Positions 46,624-55,933 of a stretch of 64,000 nt of DNA are shown here, in pieces. Both the position numbers and the translations under genes were made by a program. Each line of letters starts with the position of its first letter. The first letter of the stretch is position 1. The notes beneath the pieces were generated by a model. It did not search any database, had not been told where the DNA came from, and worked only from the letters and a program-made list of their open reading frames with translations. Source of the stretch: Dehalococcoidia bacterium (lineage in GTDB: Bacteria; Chloroflexota; Dehalococcoidia; Plut-88900); contig OZ240219.1 in NCBI GenBank assembly GCA_965197645.1, forward strand, positions 1,728,001 through 1,792,000, in the 5' to 3' direction.

Positions 46624-47726
46624 TAGCGGTCGACCTCACCCATGTTGATGTCTATGCTGCCGAATATCACGATGAGGTCGGCCAGCTTGTACCCGACGAT
46701 CAAGTCTCGCAGGACGGTGAGATTGATGAAAGAGGGAGACCTGATCTTGCACCGGTAGGGAGAGATGGAGTTATCACTGACCAGGTAGAATCCCAACTCG
46801 CCTTTGGGGGCCTCTACGTGAGCGTAGGCGTCTCCCACGGGCGGGCGGATCAGCGCCGGCGCATCGGCGCGGAAGGGGCCCGGCGGCATCTGCTGCATCG
46901 CCTGCTTCACTATCCGCACGCTCTCTCGCATCTCCTCCAACCGCACAAGGAACCGATCATAGGTATCGCCAACGGCGCCCACTGGCACGTCAAAGTCAAA
47001 GCGGTCGTACACCTCGTAGGGATCGGTCTTTCGTAGGTCCCAGGGAACGCCGCTGGCGCGGAGTACGGGGCCGGTGACCGAGCAGTTGATGGCCTTGTCC
47101 TTGGGCAGTATGGCCAGGTCCTTGGTGCGGGAGACCAGTATCTCGTTCTCTCGGAGGAGCTGTTCGTACTCGTCTATGTAGCCCGGCATCTCGTCTATGA
47201 ACTTGGTGATGGCGGGCATGAACTCATCGGGCAGGTCGCCGCTCACGCCGCCTATGCGCATGTAGCTGTAGGTGATGCGTGCGCCGCACACCAGCTCGAA
47301 CAGGTCCAGTATCTTTTCTCGCTCTCGAAACATATACATTAGCGGAGTGGCCAGGGCGCCCAGGTCATTGATGAAGAAACCGAGTCCCATGCAGTGGCTG
47401 GCGATGCGCATAAGCTCGGCCATGACCACGCGGATGTACTTGGCCCGCTCCGGCGGCTCTATGCCAGCCAGCTTCTCGGCGGCGAGCACGTAGGCCAGGT
47501 TGTTGGACATGGATGCGAGGTAGTCCAGCCGGTCTGTGAGTGTGATGACCTGGGTGTAGGTGCGCTCTTCTCCGAGCTTTTCCGTCCCTCGATGCAGGTA
47601 TCCGAATATCGGCTCGAGCTCGGTGACCACCTCTCCATCGAAGGTGACGCGCATTCGGAACACCCCGTGGGTGCTCGGGTGCTGGGGCCCGATGTTGACC
47701 ATTACCTCTTCGGTCTTAAGCGTCAA
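46623..47726 (-). CDS. nuoD: NADH-quinone oxidoreductase subunit D
   Basis: [36 protein letters not shown]. Confidence 0.95.
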   Translation of the reverse strand: MTLKTEEVMVNIGPQHPSTHGVFRMRVTFDGEVVTELEPIFGYLHRGTEKLGEERTYTQVITLTDRLDYLASMSNNLAYVLAAEKLAGIEPPERAKYIRVVMAELMRIASHCMGLGFFINDLGALATPLMYMFREREKILDLFELVCGARITYSYMRIGGVSGDLPDEFMPAITKFIDEMPGYIDEYEQLLRENEILVSRTKDLAILPKDKAINCSVTGPVLRASGVPWDLRKTDPYEVYDRFDFDVPVGAVGDTYDRFLVRLEEMRESVRIVKQAMQQMPPGPFRADAPALIRPPVGDAYAHVEAPKGELGFYLVSDNSISPYRCKIRSPSFINLTVLRDLIVGYKLADLIVIFGSIDINMGEVDR

Positions 47727-47787
47727 GACTACTTTCTCCCCTCAACGGGACGGGTTGCACTACCCGAATTGAAAGGACCATTTGAGT

Positions 47788-48234
47788 TCATGCGGTGGTG
47801 AAGTCCTTGCGATGGGGATGGCCTTCGAAGCCTTCCCAAAGCAGTATCCGCTTCAGGTTGGGGTGACCGGAGAAGCTCACCCCCAGCAGGTCGTAAATCT
47901 CTCTCTCCTGAAAGTTGGCGCCCTCCCAAATACCGATCATGGAGGGGACGATAGGCTCTTCCCTATCGTAGACCCGCGTCTTCAACACTACCCTATGGTT
48001 GTGCTGGATGGAGACGAGATGATACACCATCTCGAAGTAATCGATGAAATCGGTCCCGGTCACCGCCGATAGAAAGTCCGTGCTAAGTTCAGGAGTGTCG
48101 TGGCAGTAGCGAGCCACCTGCTCCAGGGACTCGACATTAAGGAGTATGCACTCCCCTTCGGCTTCTAGCACCGAGCCTGGGAACTGCTCCTGGAGGTTCT
48201 GGTAAAGCTGGTTTACATCCAGCGGGGTAGTCAC
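47788..48234 (-). CDS. nuoC: NADH-quinone oxidoreductase subunit C
   Basis: EREIYDLLGV.F.GHPNLKRILL...GHP.RKDF. Confidence 0.93.
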   Translation of the reverse strand: MTTPLDVNQLYQNLQEQFPGSVLEAEGECILLNVESLEQVARYCHDTPELSTDFLSAVTGTDFIDYFEMVYHLVSIQHNHRVVLKTRVYDREEPIVPSMIGIWEGANFQEREIYDLLGVSFSGHPNLKRILLWEGFEGHPHRKDFTTA

Positions 48235-48240
48235 CGCAGG

Positions 48241-48855
48241 CTAGCTCTTCTTCTTGGCGATGCTGTATTTCTTGATCTTGTTCTGGAGCTGCATCAGCCC
48301 GTACAGCAGGGCGTCGGGACGGGGCGGGCATCCGGGGATGTAGACATCGACGGGAACTATTCGATTGACGCCCGGGACTACGCTGTAGGCCTCGTAGTAG
48401 GGGCCGCCGCTGGTGGCGCAGACCCCCATCGAGATGACCCACTTGGGCTCCGCCATCTGATCGTAGATGCGCTTGATGGGCACGGCCATCTTCCAGGTAA
48501 CGGTGCCGGCCACCACCATCAGATCGGCCTGGCGGGGGGAAGCTCGAAAGGCCTCCATGCCGAACCTGGCGATATCGTAGCGGGACATCGCCGTGCCGAT
48601 CATCTCGAAGGCGCAGCAGGCGAGCCCGAAGGTCAAGGGCCAGACGGCGTTCCTTCGACCCCAGTTCAGTACGAAGTCCACTGAGCTGACCAGGAGGTTG
48701 CGCTTCAGGTCGTCCGGCACCTCGATGACGGGATCGGGATAGGGGACCTTGGACGAGTCCTTTAGCGCCTGTACCTCGGCGCCTTCGGACTTGTCCAACG
48801 CCTGGATTTCGATGGGAGTTCCGAGTATTTCGATGCCCTGCTGCTTCTCTGCCAC
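48241..48855 (-). CDS. nuoB: NADH-quinone oxidoreductase subunit B
   Basis: [35 protein letters not shown]; GTG start after the nuoA stop. Confidence 0.95.
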   Translation of the reverse strand: MAEKQQGIEILGTPIEIQALDKSEGAEVQALKDSSKVPYPDPVIEVPDDLKRNLLVSSVDFVLNWGRRNAVWPLTFGLACCAFEMIGTAMSRYDIARFGMEAFRASPRQADLMVVAGTVTWKMAVPIKRIYDQMAEPKWVISMGVCATSGGPYYEAYSVVPGVNRIVPVDVYIPGCPPRPDALLYGLMQLQNKIKKYSIAKKKS

Positions 48856-48856
48856 G

Positions 48857-49228
48857 TTAGCTCCATTCCAGGGCCTTTTTACGCCATGCGTAACCAAAAC
48901 CGACGAGTAGTATAGCGATGAATATGCCCATTTCTATCAGGCCGAATAGCTTCAGCTGGTCCAGATGTACCGCCCACGGGAAGAGAAAGACAACCTCGAC
49001 GTCAAAGATCACGAACAGCAGGGCAAAGAAGTAGTACCGGAAGTTGTACCTCACCCAGGAGCCGCCCACGGTCTGCATGCCGGACTCATAGGTCTCCGAC
49101 TTGACGGGGTTGGGATTTCTAGGCTTCACGCCAACGTAGGACAGGGCCATGGGAATAAGGATCATGGTGGTGGGAATGAAGGTGGCCAGAAGCAGGTAGA
49201 TTCCGATGTAGCCGAAGTCGGCAAGCAC
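48857..49228 (-). CDS. nuoA: NADH-quinone oxidoreductase subunit A
   Basis: [36 protein letters not shown]; GTG 49228 with GGAGG RBS. Confidence 0.93.
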   Translation of the reverse strand: MLADFGYIGIYLLLATFIPTTMILIPMALSYVGVKPRNPNPVKSETYESGMQTVGGSWVRYNFRYYFFALLFVIFDVEVVFLFPWAVHLDQLKLFGLIEMGIFIAILLVGFGYAWRKKALEWS

Positions 49229-49326
49229 GATTCTTCCTCCTGTCCGACGTTCGGCAAAATATATCACAAGCCCTGGGGGTCTGCAAGTGAAATTCACCAC
49301 AATTTAAAGCGGAAAACCAACGTGCG

Positions 49327-49356
49327 TTGACACTGCTCTCCGCGGCGGGGTAAATT
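49327..49356 (+). promoter_or_regulatory. Possible sigma70 promoter TTGACA-N18-TAAATT
   Basis: Upstream of the MBL hydrolase; spacer is one nt longer than optimal. Confidence 0.4.
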
Positions 49357-49391
49357 TGGGCGATTTCACAAGTCAGGAGCGGTGGCGAAAC

Positions 49392-50021
49392 ATGATAATC
49401 AAGGTAGTTGTGGTTGGGCCCTACATGGAAAACACCTATATCGTCGGTTCCGAGGAATCGAAGGGGTGCGCGCTGGTCGATGCAGGAGCGGACGCCCCTT
49501 CCATCCTGAGCGCAGTCGAGGACTCGGGGCTGGAGGTGAAATACCTGCTGACGACCCACGGCCACGAGGACCACGTGGGCGCCGTCGCGGCGGTTCAGGA
49601 GTCCACCAACGCAACCTTCGCCGTCCACGCCAACGATGTTTCGATGTGGCAGGACTCCTCGGACGGCGAGTCCGTCATTCCCGACTATCGCACTCCCCCC
49701 GATCCGGACCTGTATCTCAAGCAGGACGATGAGGTGGAGATAGGGGACCTGCGATTCCAGGTGATCGAGACCCACGGCCACACCCCCGGCGGCATCTCCT
49801 TCTATGGACACGGGGTGGTGTTTACCGGCGATACCCTGTTCAAGGGCAGCGTCGGCAGGACCGACTTTGCCGGCGGCGATTGGGACCAGCTGATGAACAG
49901 CATCAAAACCAAGCTGCTGGTATTGCCCGAGGACACGATAGTCCTGCCCGGCCATGGCCCCCACTCGACCATCGGCGATGAGAAGCGCCGGAACCCCTTT
50001 GTAGGAGAGGCAGCGGGGTAA
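49392..50021 (+). CDS. MBL-fold metallo-hydrolase (glyoxalase II/YcbL-like)
   Basis: THGHEDH, GHTPGG, FTGDTLF.GSVGRTDF, PGHG..STIG.E. Confidence 0.9.
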   Translation: MIIKVVVVGPYMENTYIVGSEESKGCALVDAGADAPSILSAVEDSGLEVKYLLTTHGHEDHVGAVAAVQESTNATFAVHANDVSMWQDSSDGESVIPDYRTPPDPDLYLKQDDEVEIGDLRFQVIETHGHTPGGISFYGHGVVFTGDTLFKGSVGRTDFAGGDWDQLMNSIKTKLLVLPEDTIVLPGHGPHSTIGDEKRRNPFVGEAAG

Positions 50022-50070
50022 GAGTGCGGGCTCTGTGGTTGTTCATGGACGAAGGTGGACCATCAGCGCA

Positions 50071-50937
50071 CTAATCCGATTTCTTCTCTAGCTCTTTGAT
50101 GCGCTGTTTTAGCGAATCTAGATTCCATACCTCATCGGTAAAGGCAAGCACCTGCTTTAGGTCTTGAGCTGCGTCTCTGGTCTGACCGAGTTCCTCTAAA
50201 ACATCCGCACGCTCTTTACGGCTATCTAAGTCAATTGGATTTACTGCCAAGGCACGATCCAATATAGCCTTGGCCGCATTTAGATCAGATGTCGCGTCGT
50301 CTGTCCGGTCAAGATGTTTTTGAAGCCTGGCTCGCTTAATCAGAGCTGGTACGTACCAAGGGTCGTCCGTTAGCGCATTGCCATAGTCGTCTATCGCTTT
50401 GTTATATAAGCCTGATGGCGTTTCCGTTTCGCTAATTTTTTCCAGTTCGTCTAATGGAGTATCAATGGCACGAAGCGCAAACGATGAGTATTCCAACTGT
50501 GCAAAAACTTGTAATTCGAAGGCTAATCTACGTAAGACGTCCGCCCTACTCGTAAACCATCTCGCTTTGTGGGAAGCAACCTCAACTGCTTTATTGTATG
50601 CAGATAGTGCTTGTTGCTTATCGCCTCCTTCGAATTGGTCGGCTTGACCTCTTATGCCGTAAGCCAAGGCAAGGGCGTCATTTACTTTCTCGTTTCGGCG
50701 CCCCGTTCTATGGGCAAGTTGTTCCAGCATTCCTTCAGTGACAATGGAACCGTAACGATCCATAGACTGCAAAGCGTTGTCAATGGCCCTGTCAACCGGG
50801 TCCTTCCAGAAGCGCCTTTTGACTTTTCCAAGCCAGGTTTGGTTTCGAGGATCCTCGAAAGCGTCGCGACTTCCACAGTTCGGACAGAACAGCACCTGTT
50901 TCTTAGCGCCAACGCCGCAGTGTCTACAGCTCTTCAC
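50071..50937 (-). CDS. Zn-ribbon plus TPR-repeat protein, low GC
   Basis: CRHCG..FCPNCG; TPR-like helices (ALSAYNKAV, AIDDYGNAL, ATSDLNAA, AAQDLKQV); GGAGG RBS. Confidence 0.72.
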   Translation of the reverse strand: MKSCRHCGVGAKKQVLFCPNCGSRDAFEDPRNQTWLGKVKRRFWKDPVDRAIDNALQSMDRYGSIVTEGMLEQLAHRTGRRNEKVNDALALAYGIRGQADQFEGGDKQQALSAYNKAVEVASHKARWFTSRADVLRRLAFELQVFAQLEYSSFALRAIDTPLDELEKISETETPSGLYNKAIDDYGNALTDDPWYVPALIKRARLQKHLDRTDDATSDLNAAKAILDRALAVNPIDLDSRKERADVLEELGQTRDAAQDLKQVLAFTDEVWNLDSLKQRIKELEKKSD

Positions 50938-50965
50938 AACCTGCCTCCGCCCAACATCGTGGCGG

Positions 50966-53002
50966 TTACACGAACAGAGGCCCGAACACTAAAGCGACGA
51001 TGGACATCAGCTTCAGCAGGATGTTCAGCGAGGGGCCGGAGGTGTCCTTGAAGGGGTCGCCCACAGTATCGCCGACTACGGCGGCGGCGTGGGCGTCGGA
51101 GCCTTTGCCTCCGTGTTCTCCCGATTCCACGTACTTCTTGGCGTTGTCCCACGCTCCGCCGGCGTTGGCCATGGTAATGGCGAGCATCACGCCGCTGGCG
51201 ATGGAGCCTATCAGCAGGCCGCCCAGCGCCTCGGGACCCATGATTGCTCCCATGAGAATGGGGGCGATGATGGCTAGCAGCCCGGGCAGGATCATCTCTC
51301 GGAGGGCGCCCTGGGTGCTGATGGCTACGGCTTTACCGTACTCGGGCCGGGCAGTTCCTTCCATGATGCCGGGTATCTCTCGGAACTGACGCCGCACCTC
51401 GGCGACCATGCTGTTGGCGGCCCGGCCAACGGCCCCGAGGCTCAATGCGGAGAAGATGAAGGGCATCAGTGCGCCCACCAGAAGCCCGATCAGAATGGAA
51501 GGCTCCCGGATGTTGATGATGTCGATCCCCACCACCTGGGAGTAGGCTGCCATCAGGGCCAGCGAGGTCAGCACTGCCGAGCCGATGGCGAACCCCTTGC
51601 CGGTGGCGGCGGTGGTGTTGCCCAGAGAGTCGAGGGAGTCGGTCCGCTCCCTCACGTCGGGAGGCAGGCCGGCCTGCTCGGCGATGCCGCCGGCGTTATC
51701 GGCTACCGGGCCGTAAGCGTCGGTGGCGAGGGTTATGCCCAGGGTCGAGAGCATACCCACGGCTGCGAGAGCTATCCCGTAGAGTCCGCCCAGCCAGTTG
51801 GCCAGCCATATCGCCACCACCACCGCTACTACGGGGATGAGGTTGCTCAGCATACCCAGCCCCATGCCTCCGATGATCACGGTGGCCGGGCCGGTGAGGG
51901 TCTGCTTTGAGAGCCACCGGGTGGGAAAGTACTCGTAGGAGGTGAACCACTCGGTGGCTGTTCCTATCACCTGTCCCGCTACCAGTCCGACGAGCACGGC
52001 CCAGAACAGGTTGAAGTCCAAGTCCAAGACGGAGATGGCTACGCCCGCTCCAATCAGGACCAGTCCGCCGGCTGAAAAGATTCCGGTGCGGAGGGCCCAG
52101 AGCAATCTTCCCATGCTGGCGCCCTCACCGGTGCGGACCAGGAAGGTGCCCAGAATCGACGAGAAGATGCCGATGGCGCCTATGAGCAGGGGAAGCATGA
52201 AAGCGTTGGCGTCATAGGTCGCCGTATCGCTGGCGGCGAATATGCCTGCGGCGGCGGCCAGGGCCATGGTGGCGATGATAGAACCTACGTAGGACTCGAA
52301 CAGGTCGGCGCCCATGCCGGCCACGTCGCCCACGTTGTCTCCGACGTTATCGGCGATGGTGGCTGGGTTTCGAGGGTCATCCTCGGGGATGCCCTGCTCC
52401 ACCTTGCCTACCAGGTCCGCGCCCACGTCGGCCGCTTTGGTGTAGATACCGCCGCCGACACGGGCGAAAAGCGCCACCGAGGAGGCGCCGAAGCTGAATC
52501 CGGCGATGACTATCGGGTCTTTGAAGGTCCAGTAGAGGGCGGTTACGCCGATTATACCAAGTCCCACCACGGTGACGCCCATGACGGCGCCGCCGGAGAA
52601 GGCCACCCTGAGGGCCGGGCTGAGCCCGGTCCGGGCGCTGGCCGTCGTGCGGACGTTGGTCCTTACGGCCACGCTCATGCCTATCAGGCCCGCCAGCCCG
52701 GAGGCCACCGCGCCTGCTATGTAGGAGATGGAGGTCGATGGCAGGGCGCGTGCCGGGCCTGCGATCTTGTCCAGAACGTCGGCGTCTATGAAGACCCACA
52801 GCACCGCGAAGATGATAGCGGTGAAGACGGCAAGAACCGAGTATTCCCGTGCTAGGAAGGCCATCGCGCCTTCCTGGATTGCCTTGCCGATCTCCTTCAT
52901 AGTGTCGTCGCCCTCGTCCTGTCGAAGGATGTACATGACGAGTGCAAGGCCGAAGAGGAGGGCGGCAACGCCCGCGGCCAAACTTAGTACGAGAATTGTC
53001 AT
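50966..53002 (-). CDS. hppA: Membrane-bound pyrophosphatase, K+-dependent, probably Na+-translocating
   Basis: DVGADLVGKVE, DNVGDNVGD, GNTTAA, DLFESY, GDTVGDPFKD. Confidence 0.95.
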   Translation of the reverse strand: MTILVLSLAAGVAALLFGLALVMYILRQDEGDDTMKEIGKAIQEGAMAFLAREYSVLAVFTAIIFAVLWVFIDADVLDKIAGPARALPSTSISYIAGAVASGLAGLIGMSVAVRTNVRTTASARTGLSPALRVAFSGGAVMGVTVVGLGIIGVTALYWTFKDPIVIAGFSFGASSVALFARVGGGIYTKAADVGADLVGKVEQGIPEDDPRNPATIADNVGDNVGDVAGMGADLFESYVGSIIATMALAAAAGIFAASDTATYDANAFMLPLLIGAIGIFSSILGTFLVRTGEGASMGRLLWALRTGIFSAGGLVLIGAGVAISVLDLDFNLFWAVLVGLVAGQVIGTATEWFTSYEYFPTRWLSKQTLTGPATVIIGGMGLGMLSNLIPVVAVVVAIWLANWLGGLYGIALAAVGMLSTLGITLATDAYGPVADNAGGIAEQAGLPPDVRERTDSLDSLGNTTAATGKGFAIGSAVLTSLALMAAYSQVVGIDIINIREPSILIGLLVGALMPFIFSALSLGAVGRAANSMVAEVRRQFREIPGIMEGTARPEYGKAVAISTQGALREMILPGLLAIIAPILMGAIMGPEALGGLLIGSIASGVMLAITMANAGGAWDNAKKYVESGEHGGKGSDAHAAAVVGDTVGDPFKDTSGPSLNILLKLMSIVALVFGPLFV

Positions 53003-53045
53003 TGTTCCCAGGCTCCAGACTGTTAGGAGGATTACACTGGCTGGG

Positions 53046-53074
53046 ATTTTAGCGATTCAGCCCGCCGGGGTCAA
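53046..53074 (-). promoter_or_regulatory. sigma70 promoter TTGACC-N17-TAAAAT for hppA
   Basis: ggtcaa 53069-53074, atttta 53046-53051. Confidence 0.65.
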
Positions 53075-53091
53075 GGGAAGCGTTACAAAAT

Positions 53092-53751
53092 TCACGAGCC
53101 CGAAGCACGGTCTTGCAGGGAATCGCGCACCGTTTTGAGCTGGGACTCCAGCTGGCTCTGCCGATAGGCGACGGTCAGGTCTCCGCGGGTGCGTTCCAGT
53201 ACGCCGCGCAGCATATCCGTGGTGCGCCGAAGGCCGCCGGTTATGGCGTCCGGGTAGTCTATGGTAATCAGCACGGAGTAGATCTCGTCCATGTGGCCCA
53301 GCACCTCCTCGCAGCGCTGGATATCGTCACGGCGGAGGGTGTCGAGGATGTGGCGCCGCATCTCGCTGGCCGCCTCGGCCAACCCGTTGAGGTAGGCCGC
53401 GGAATGGACACCCAGCTCTTCCGGGTTGGGCAACGAGCCACCCGACGCCAGCGCCAGGGTGATGGCGGCCTCGGCGTATTCTTTTTGGGAGTCGTGGACG
53501 AACCCGACGTGGAATACGTCCGGGTGGTCCTTCAGGGCGCTTTTCGCCTCGTCGAGGCAGACCCGCGCCTTGGCCATTAGCTCCCGAGCCGTTTCGAACT
53601 CGAGGCGATGGATGGCTCGGATGGAGTTGGCACAGTGCCGGATCGCCTCGCGGCACTTGGGCAGGCCCTCTTCTCGGGCCCGATGCTTTTCGGCGAGATG
53701 GGTCCTGATCTCTTCTGCTATGGGATCCAGATTGAGAATGGGACTGGTCAA
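53092..53751 (-). CDS. Translin/TRAX family protein
   Basis: ARE....CREAIR....SIRAIHR, QKEYAEA, YLNGLAEAASEMRR, LRRTTD..R..LE; TTG start overlaps the thiE stop, with AGGAG RBS. Confidence 0.82.
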   Translation of the reverse strand: MTSPILNLDPIAEEIRTHLAEKHRAREEGLPKCREAIRHCANSIRAIHRLEFETARELMAKARVCLDEAKSALKDHPDVFHVGFVHDSQKEYAEAAITLALASGGSLPNPEELGVHSAAYLNGLAEAASEMRRHILDTLRRDDIQRCEEVLGHMDEIYSVLITIDYPDAITGGLRRTTDMLRGVLERTRGDLTVAYRQSQLESQLKTVRDSLQDRASGS

Positions 53752-54407
53752 TTTGCTCCTTTGCGGTAGGCCTCTATCCGGGAGACCATATTTCGGGTCG
53801 CCTGCTCGATGTCCGGGGCAGACATGACGGCGCTGATGACGCATACCGCGTCGGCGCCCGCCTCCATGACGGGACCGACGTTGCTTTCGTTTATGCCGCC
53901 AATGGCGACCACGGGCACGGAGACCGCTTCTACGACCCTGCGCAACGTTTCGAGGCCAGCGGGTCGGGTCTTCTCCTTGGACGAGGTCTCGTAGATGGCG
54001 CCAACGGCTATGTAATCGGCATCCTGCTCCTCTGCTCGCAAAGCCTCTTCATAGGTGGCGTTGGACACCCCGACTATGTTTTCGTCGGCAACGAGGGGCT
54101 TCACCTGGGTGAGGGGCAAGTCCTTCTGGCCCAGGTGGAGGCCATCAGCCTTGGAGATCATGGCCAGGTCCAGGTGATCGTTGATGATGGATACGACGCC
54201 CGCCTCGGCGCAGAGGCGAACGAGCTCCCGGACTATGGGCAGCTGCTCACCCTTATCTCGGACCTTGTCTCTCCACTGAATGATGCCAGCTCCGCCTTTG
54301 ATGAGGGCCTGCGCGGCCTCTAATTCCGTGCAGCCCCGGCAAAACTGGGGATCGAGGATGACATAAAGGCCCCGTACTCGTTCCCTGGATGATTTTGATG
54401 CAGGCAT
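53748..54407 (-). CDS. thiE: Thiamine-phosphate synthase
   Basis: LYVI, QWRDK, IINDH, GLHLGQKD, TSSK, VAIGGI, CVISAV. Confidence 0.93.
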   Translation of the reverse strand: MPASKSSRERVRGLYVILDPQFCRGCTELEAAQALIKGGAGIIQWRDKVRDKGEQLPIVRELVRLCAEAGVVSIINDHLDLAMISKADGLHLGQKDLPLTQVKPLVADENIVGVSNATYEEALRAEEQDADYIAVGAIYETSSKEKTRPAGLETLRRVVEAVSVPVVAIGGINESNVGPVMEAGADAVCVISAVMSAPDIEQATRNMVSRIEAYRKGAN

Positions 54408-54410
54408 GGG

Positions 54411-54737
54411 TCAACTGGAGGGCGGGCGATAGCCGGCGGAGCCCGCCTTTCTCAACGCCTCGATCCCCTCGTCCATGGTCATCAGAATGGTGGTCTTGAG
54501 TGAGCTTACCGAACCCCCGGCCGCCGCGGCCATGGCAAGAGCGGCCGAACTCATGTTATCGGGGAACTGACAGATGAGCACGGTATCGTAATCGCCAAAG
54601 GAGAACCATCCGTTTTCGACCTTACCTCCCAGCCTTTCGACAACCGGGCGGGCCATCTCCAACCGGTTCTGAGGATTCCCGACCTGCACGGCCCAGGCCT
54701 CGGGCGTGTAGCTTACCTGAAGCATATAGTAGGGCAT
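54411..54737 (-). CDS. GYD domain protein
   Basis: MPYYM....YT, GGKV.....FGDYD, YRPP. Confidence 0.85.
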   Translation of the reverse strand: MPYYMLQVSYTPEAWAVQVGNPQNRLEMARPVVERLGGKVENGWFSFGDYDTVLICQFPDNMSSAALAMAAAAGGSVSSLKTTILMTMDEGIEALRKAGSAGYRPPSS

Positions 54738-54791
54738 TCTATGCCTCCTGTCCTATCGGGATAACGGCAACCGGGACACGATGCAAATGGC

Positions 54792-55136
54792 CTAGGCGTC
54801 CTTGATAGCGGGAGGCAGCTCCCCATCGCGGGCGGCATCGATCATCTGCTGGGCTTCCTCGGGCATGTCGACACCCATGTCGCCGAGTCGCTTTTCGGCC
54901 CACCGGCCGATGTTTCGCGGGTCCTTGTAGTAGTCATCGATGGGGTTGGCTTGGGCTGGCCCGGCCTCCTCCAGTCTGGTCTGCCCGGACTTGTGATAGG
55001 CAACCCTCGATATGACCCGGTCCAGGTCCCGGCTGCCACAGGAATCACAGGTCGCGTTTACCTCTGAGCCGATGCTCCGGACGAACACCGAAGTAATCAC
55101 CTTACAGGAAGCGCAGCTGTATTCGTAGATTGGCAT
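54792..55136 (-). CDS. FmdB-family zinc-ribbon protein
   Basis: MPIYEYSCASC...CDSCGS..L.R.ISR. Confidence 0.85.
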   Translation of the reverse strand: MPIYEYSCASCKVITSVFVRSIGSEVNATCDSCGSRDLDRVISRVAYHKSGQTRLEEAGPAQANPIDDYYKDPRNIGRWAEKRLGDMGVDMPEEAQQMIDAARDGELPPAIKDA

Positions 55137-55144
55137 GCTGTCAG

Positions 55145-55519
55145 CTAGTCGACATCATCATCACCGAAATCGGCGTCCCCATCATCGCCTATGCCGTCGG
55201 GCATCTCTCCCGCCTCCATCTTGTCCACCATCTCATCGAACTCGGGGCCCATATCCTCGCCCATCTGGCCGCCCATCCTCTTCATCCATCTAGCCATGCT
55301 CTGGGGATCGTTCTCGTCGACATCGCCGAAGCTGGATGGGTCGGCCAGCTCCTCCATGCGGCTCTCTTCCGACTTGAGCACGGCTACCCGGGACACGAGC
55401 CGGTCAAGCTCTGGGCTGCCGCACCGGGGGCAGGCCTTGGAGAGAGGATCGGTGAACCCTCGCACCAGCAGGCTGACCCGGCGCTCGCAGCCGTTGCATC
55501 TGTACTCGTAGATGGGCAT
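55145..55519 (-). CDS. FmdB-family zinc-ribbon protein
   Basis: MPIYEYRCNGC...CPRCGS..L.R.VSR; acidic C-terminus. Confidence 0.87.
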   Translation of the reverse strand: MPIYEYRCNGCERRVSLLVRGFTDPLSKACPRCGSPELDRLVSRVAVLKSEESRMEELADPSSFGDVDENDPQSMARWMKRMGGQMGEDMGPEFDEMVDKMEAGEMPDGIGDDGDADFGDDDVD

Positions 55520-55562
55520 ATGGGGACAAACCAATTTTAACACACCGGGTGAGGTGCGTAAC

Positions 55563-55928
55563 TCAGGAGACGGCGTTCCTGATGAGATCGACCTGGGGTG
55601 GGGAACGGGGGTCGAGTGCCCGGATGGCAACAACGTCGATGCGCCAGTCCTCAGGCAGACCCGAGTTCTCCTGGAGGTAGGCCTGGGCAGTCTCGATCAG
55701 CTTCTCCTGCTTGGCGGCGGTGACCGACTCTTCGGGCCGGCCAAACGTCCGGTCTCTCCGGGTCTTTACCTCGACGAACACCACCGCGTTGCCCTCGAGG
55801 GCCACGATGTCCACCTCTCCATAAGCACACCGGTAGTTGGTCTCCAGTATCGAGTAGCCCTGCCGCTCCAGGTGTCTCTTTGCCACGCCCTCCCCCCATT
55901 TGCCCAGCCGTTTGCGGTGTTGGGACAT
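55563..55928 (-). CDS. yraN: YraN family endonuclease-like protein
   Basis: LGKWGE..A..HL...GY.IL..NYR...GEVDIVA...FVEVKTR, RIDVVAI. Confidence 0.92.
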   Translation of the reverse strand: MSQHRKRLGKWGEGVAKRHLERQGYSILETNYRCAYGEVDIVALEGNAVVFVEVKTRRDRTFGRPEESVTAAKQEKLIETAQAYLQENSGLPEDWRIDVVAIRALDPRSPPQVDLIRNAVS

Positions 55929-55933
55929 GGCTT

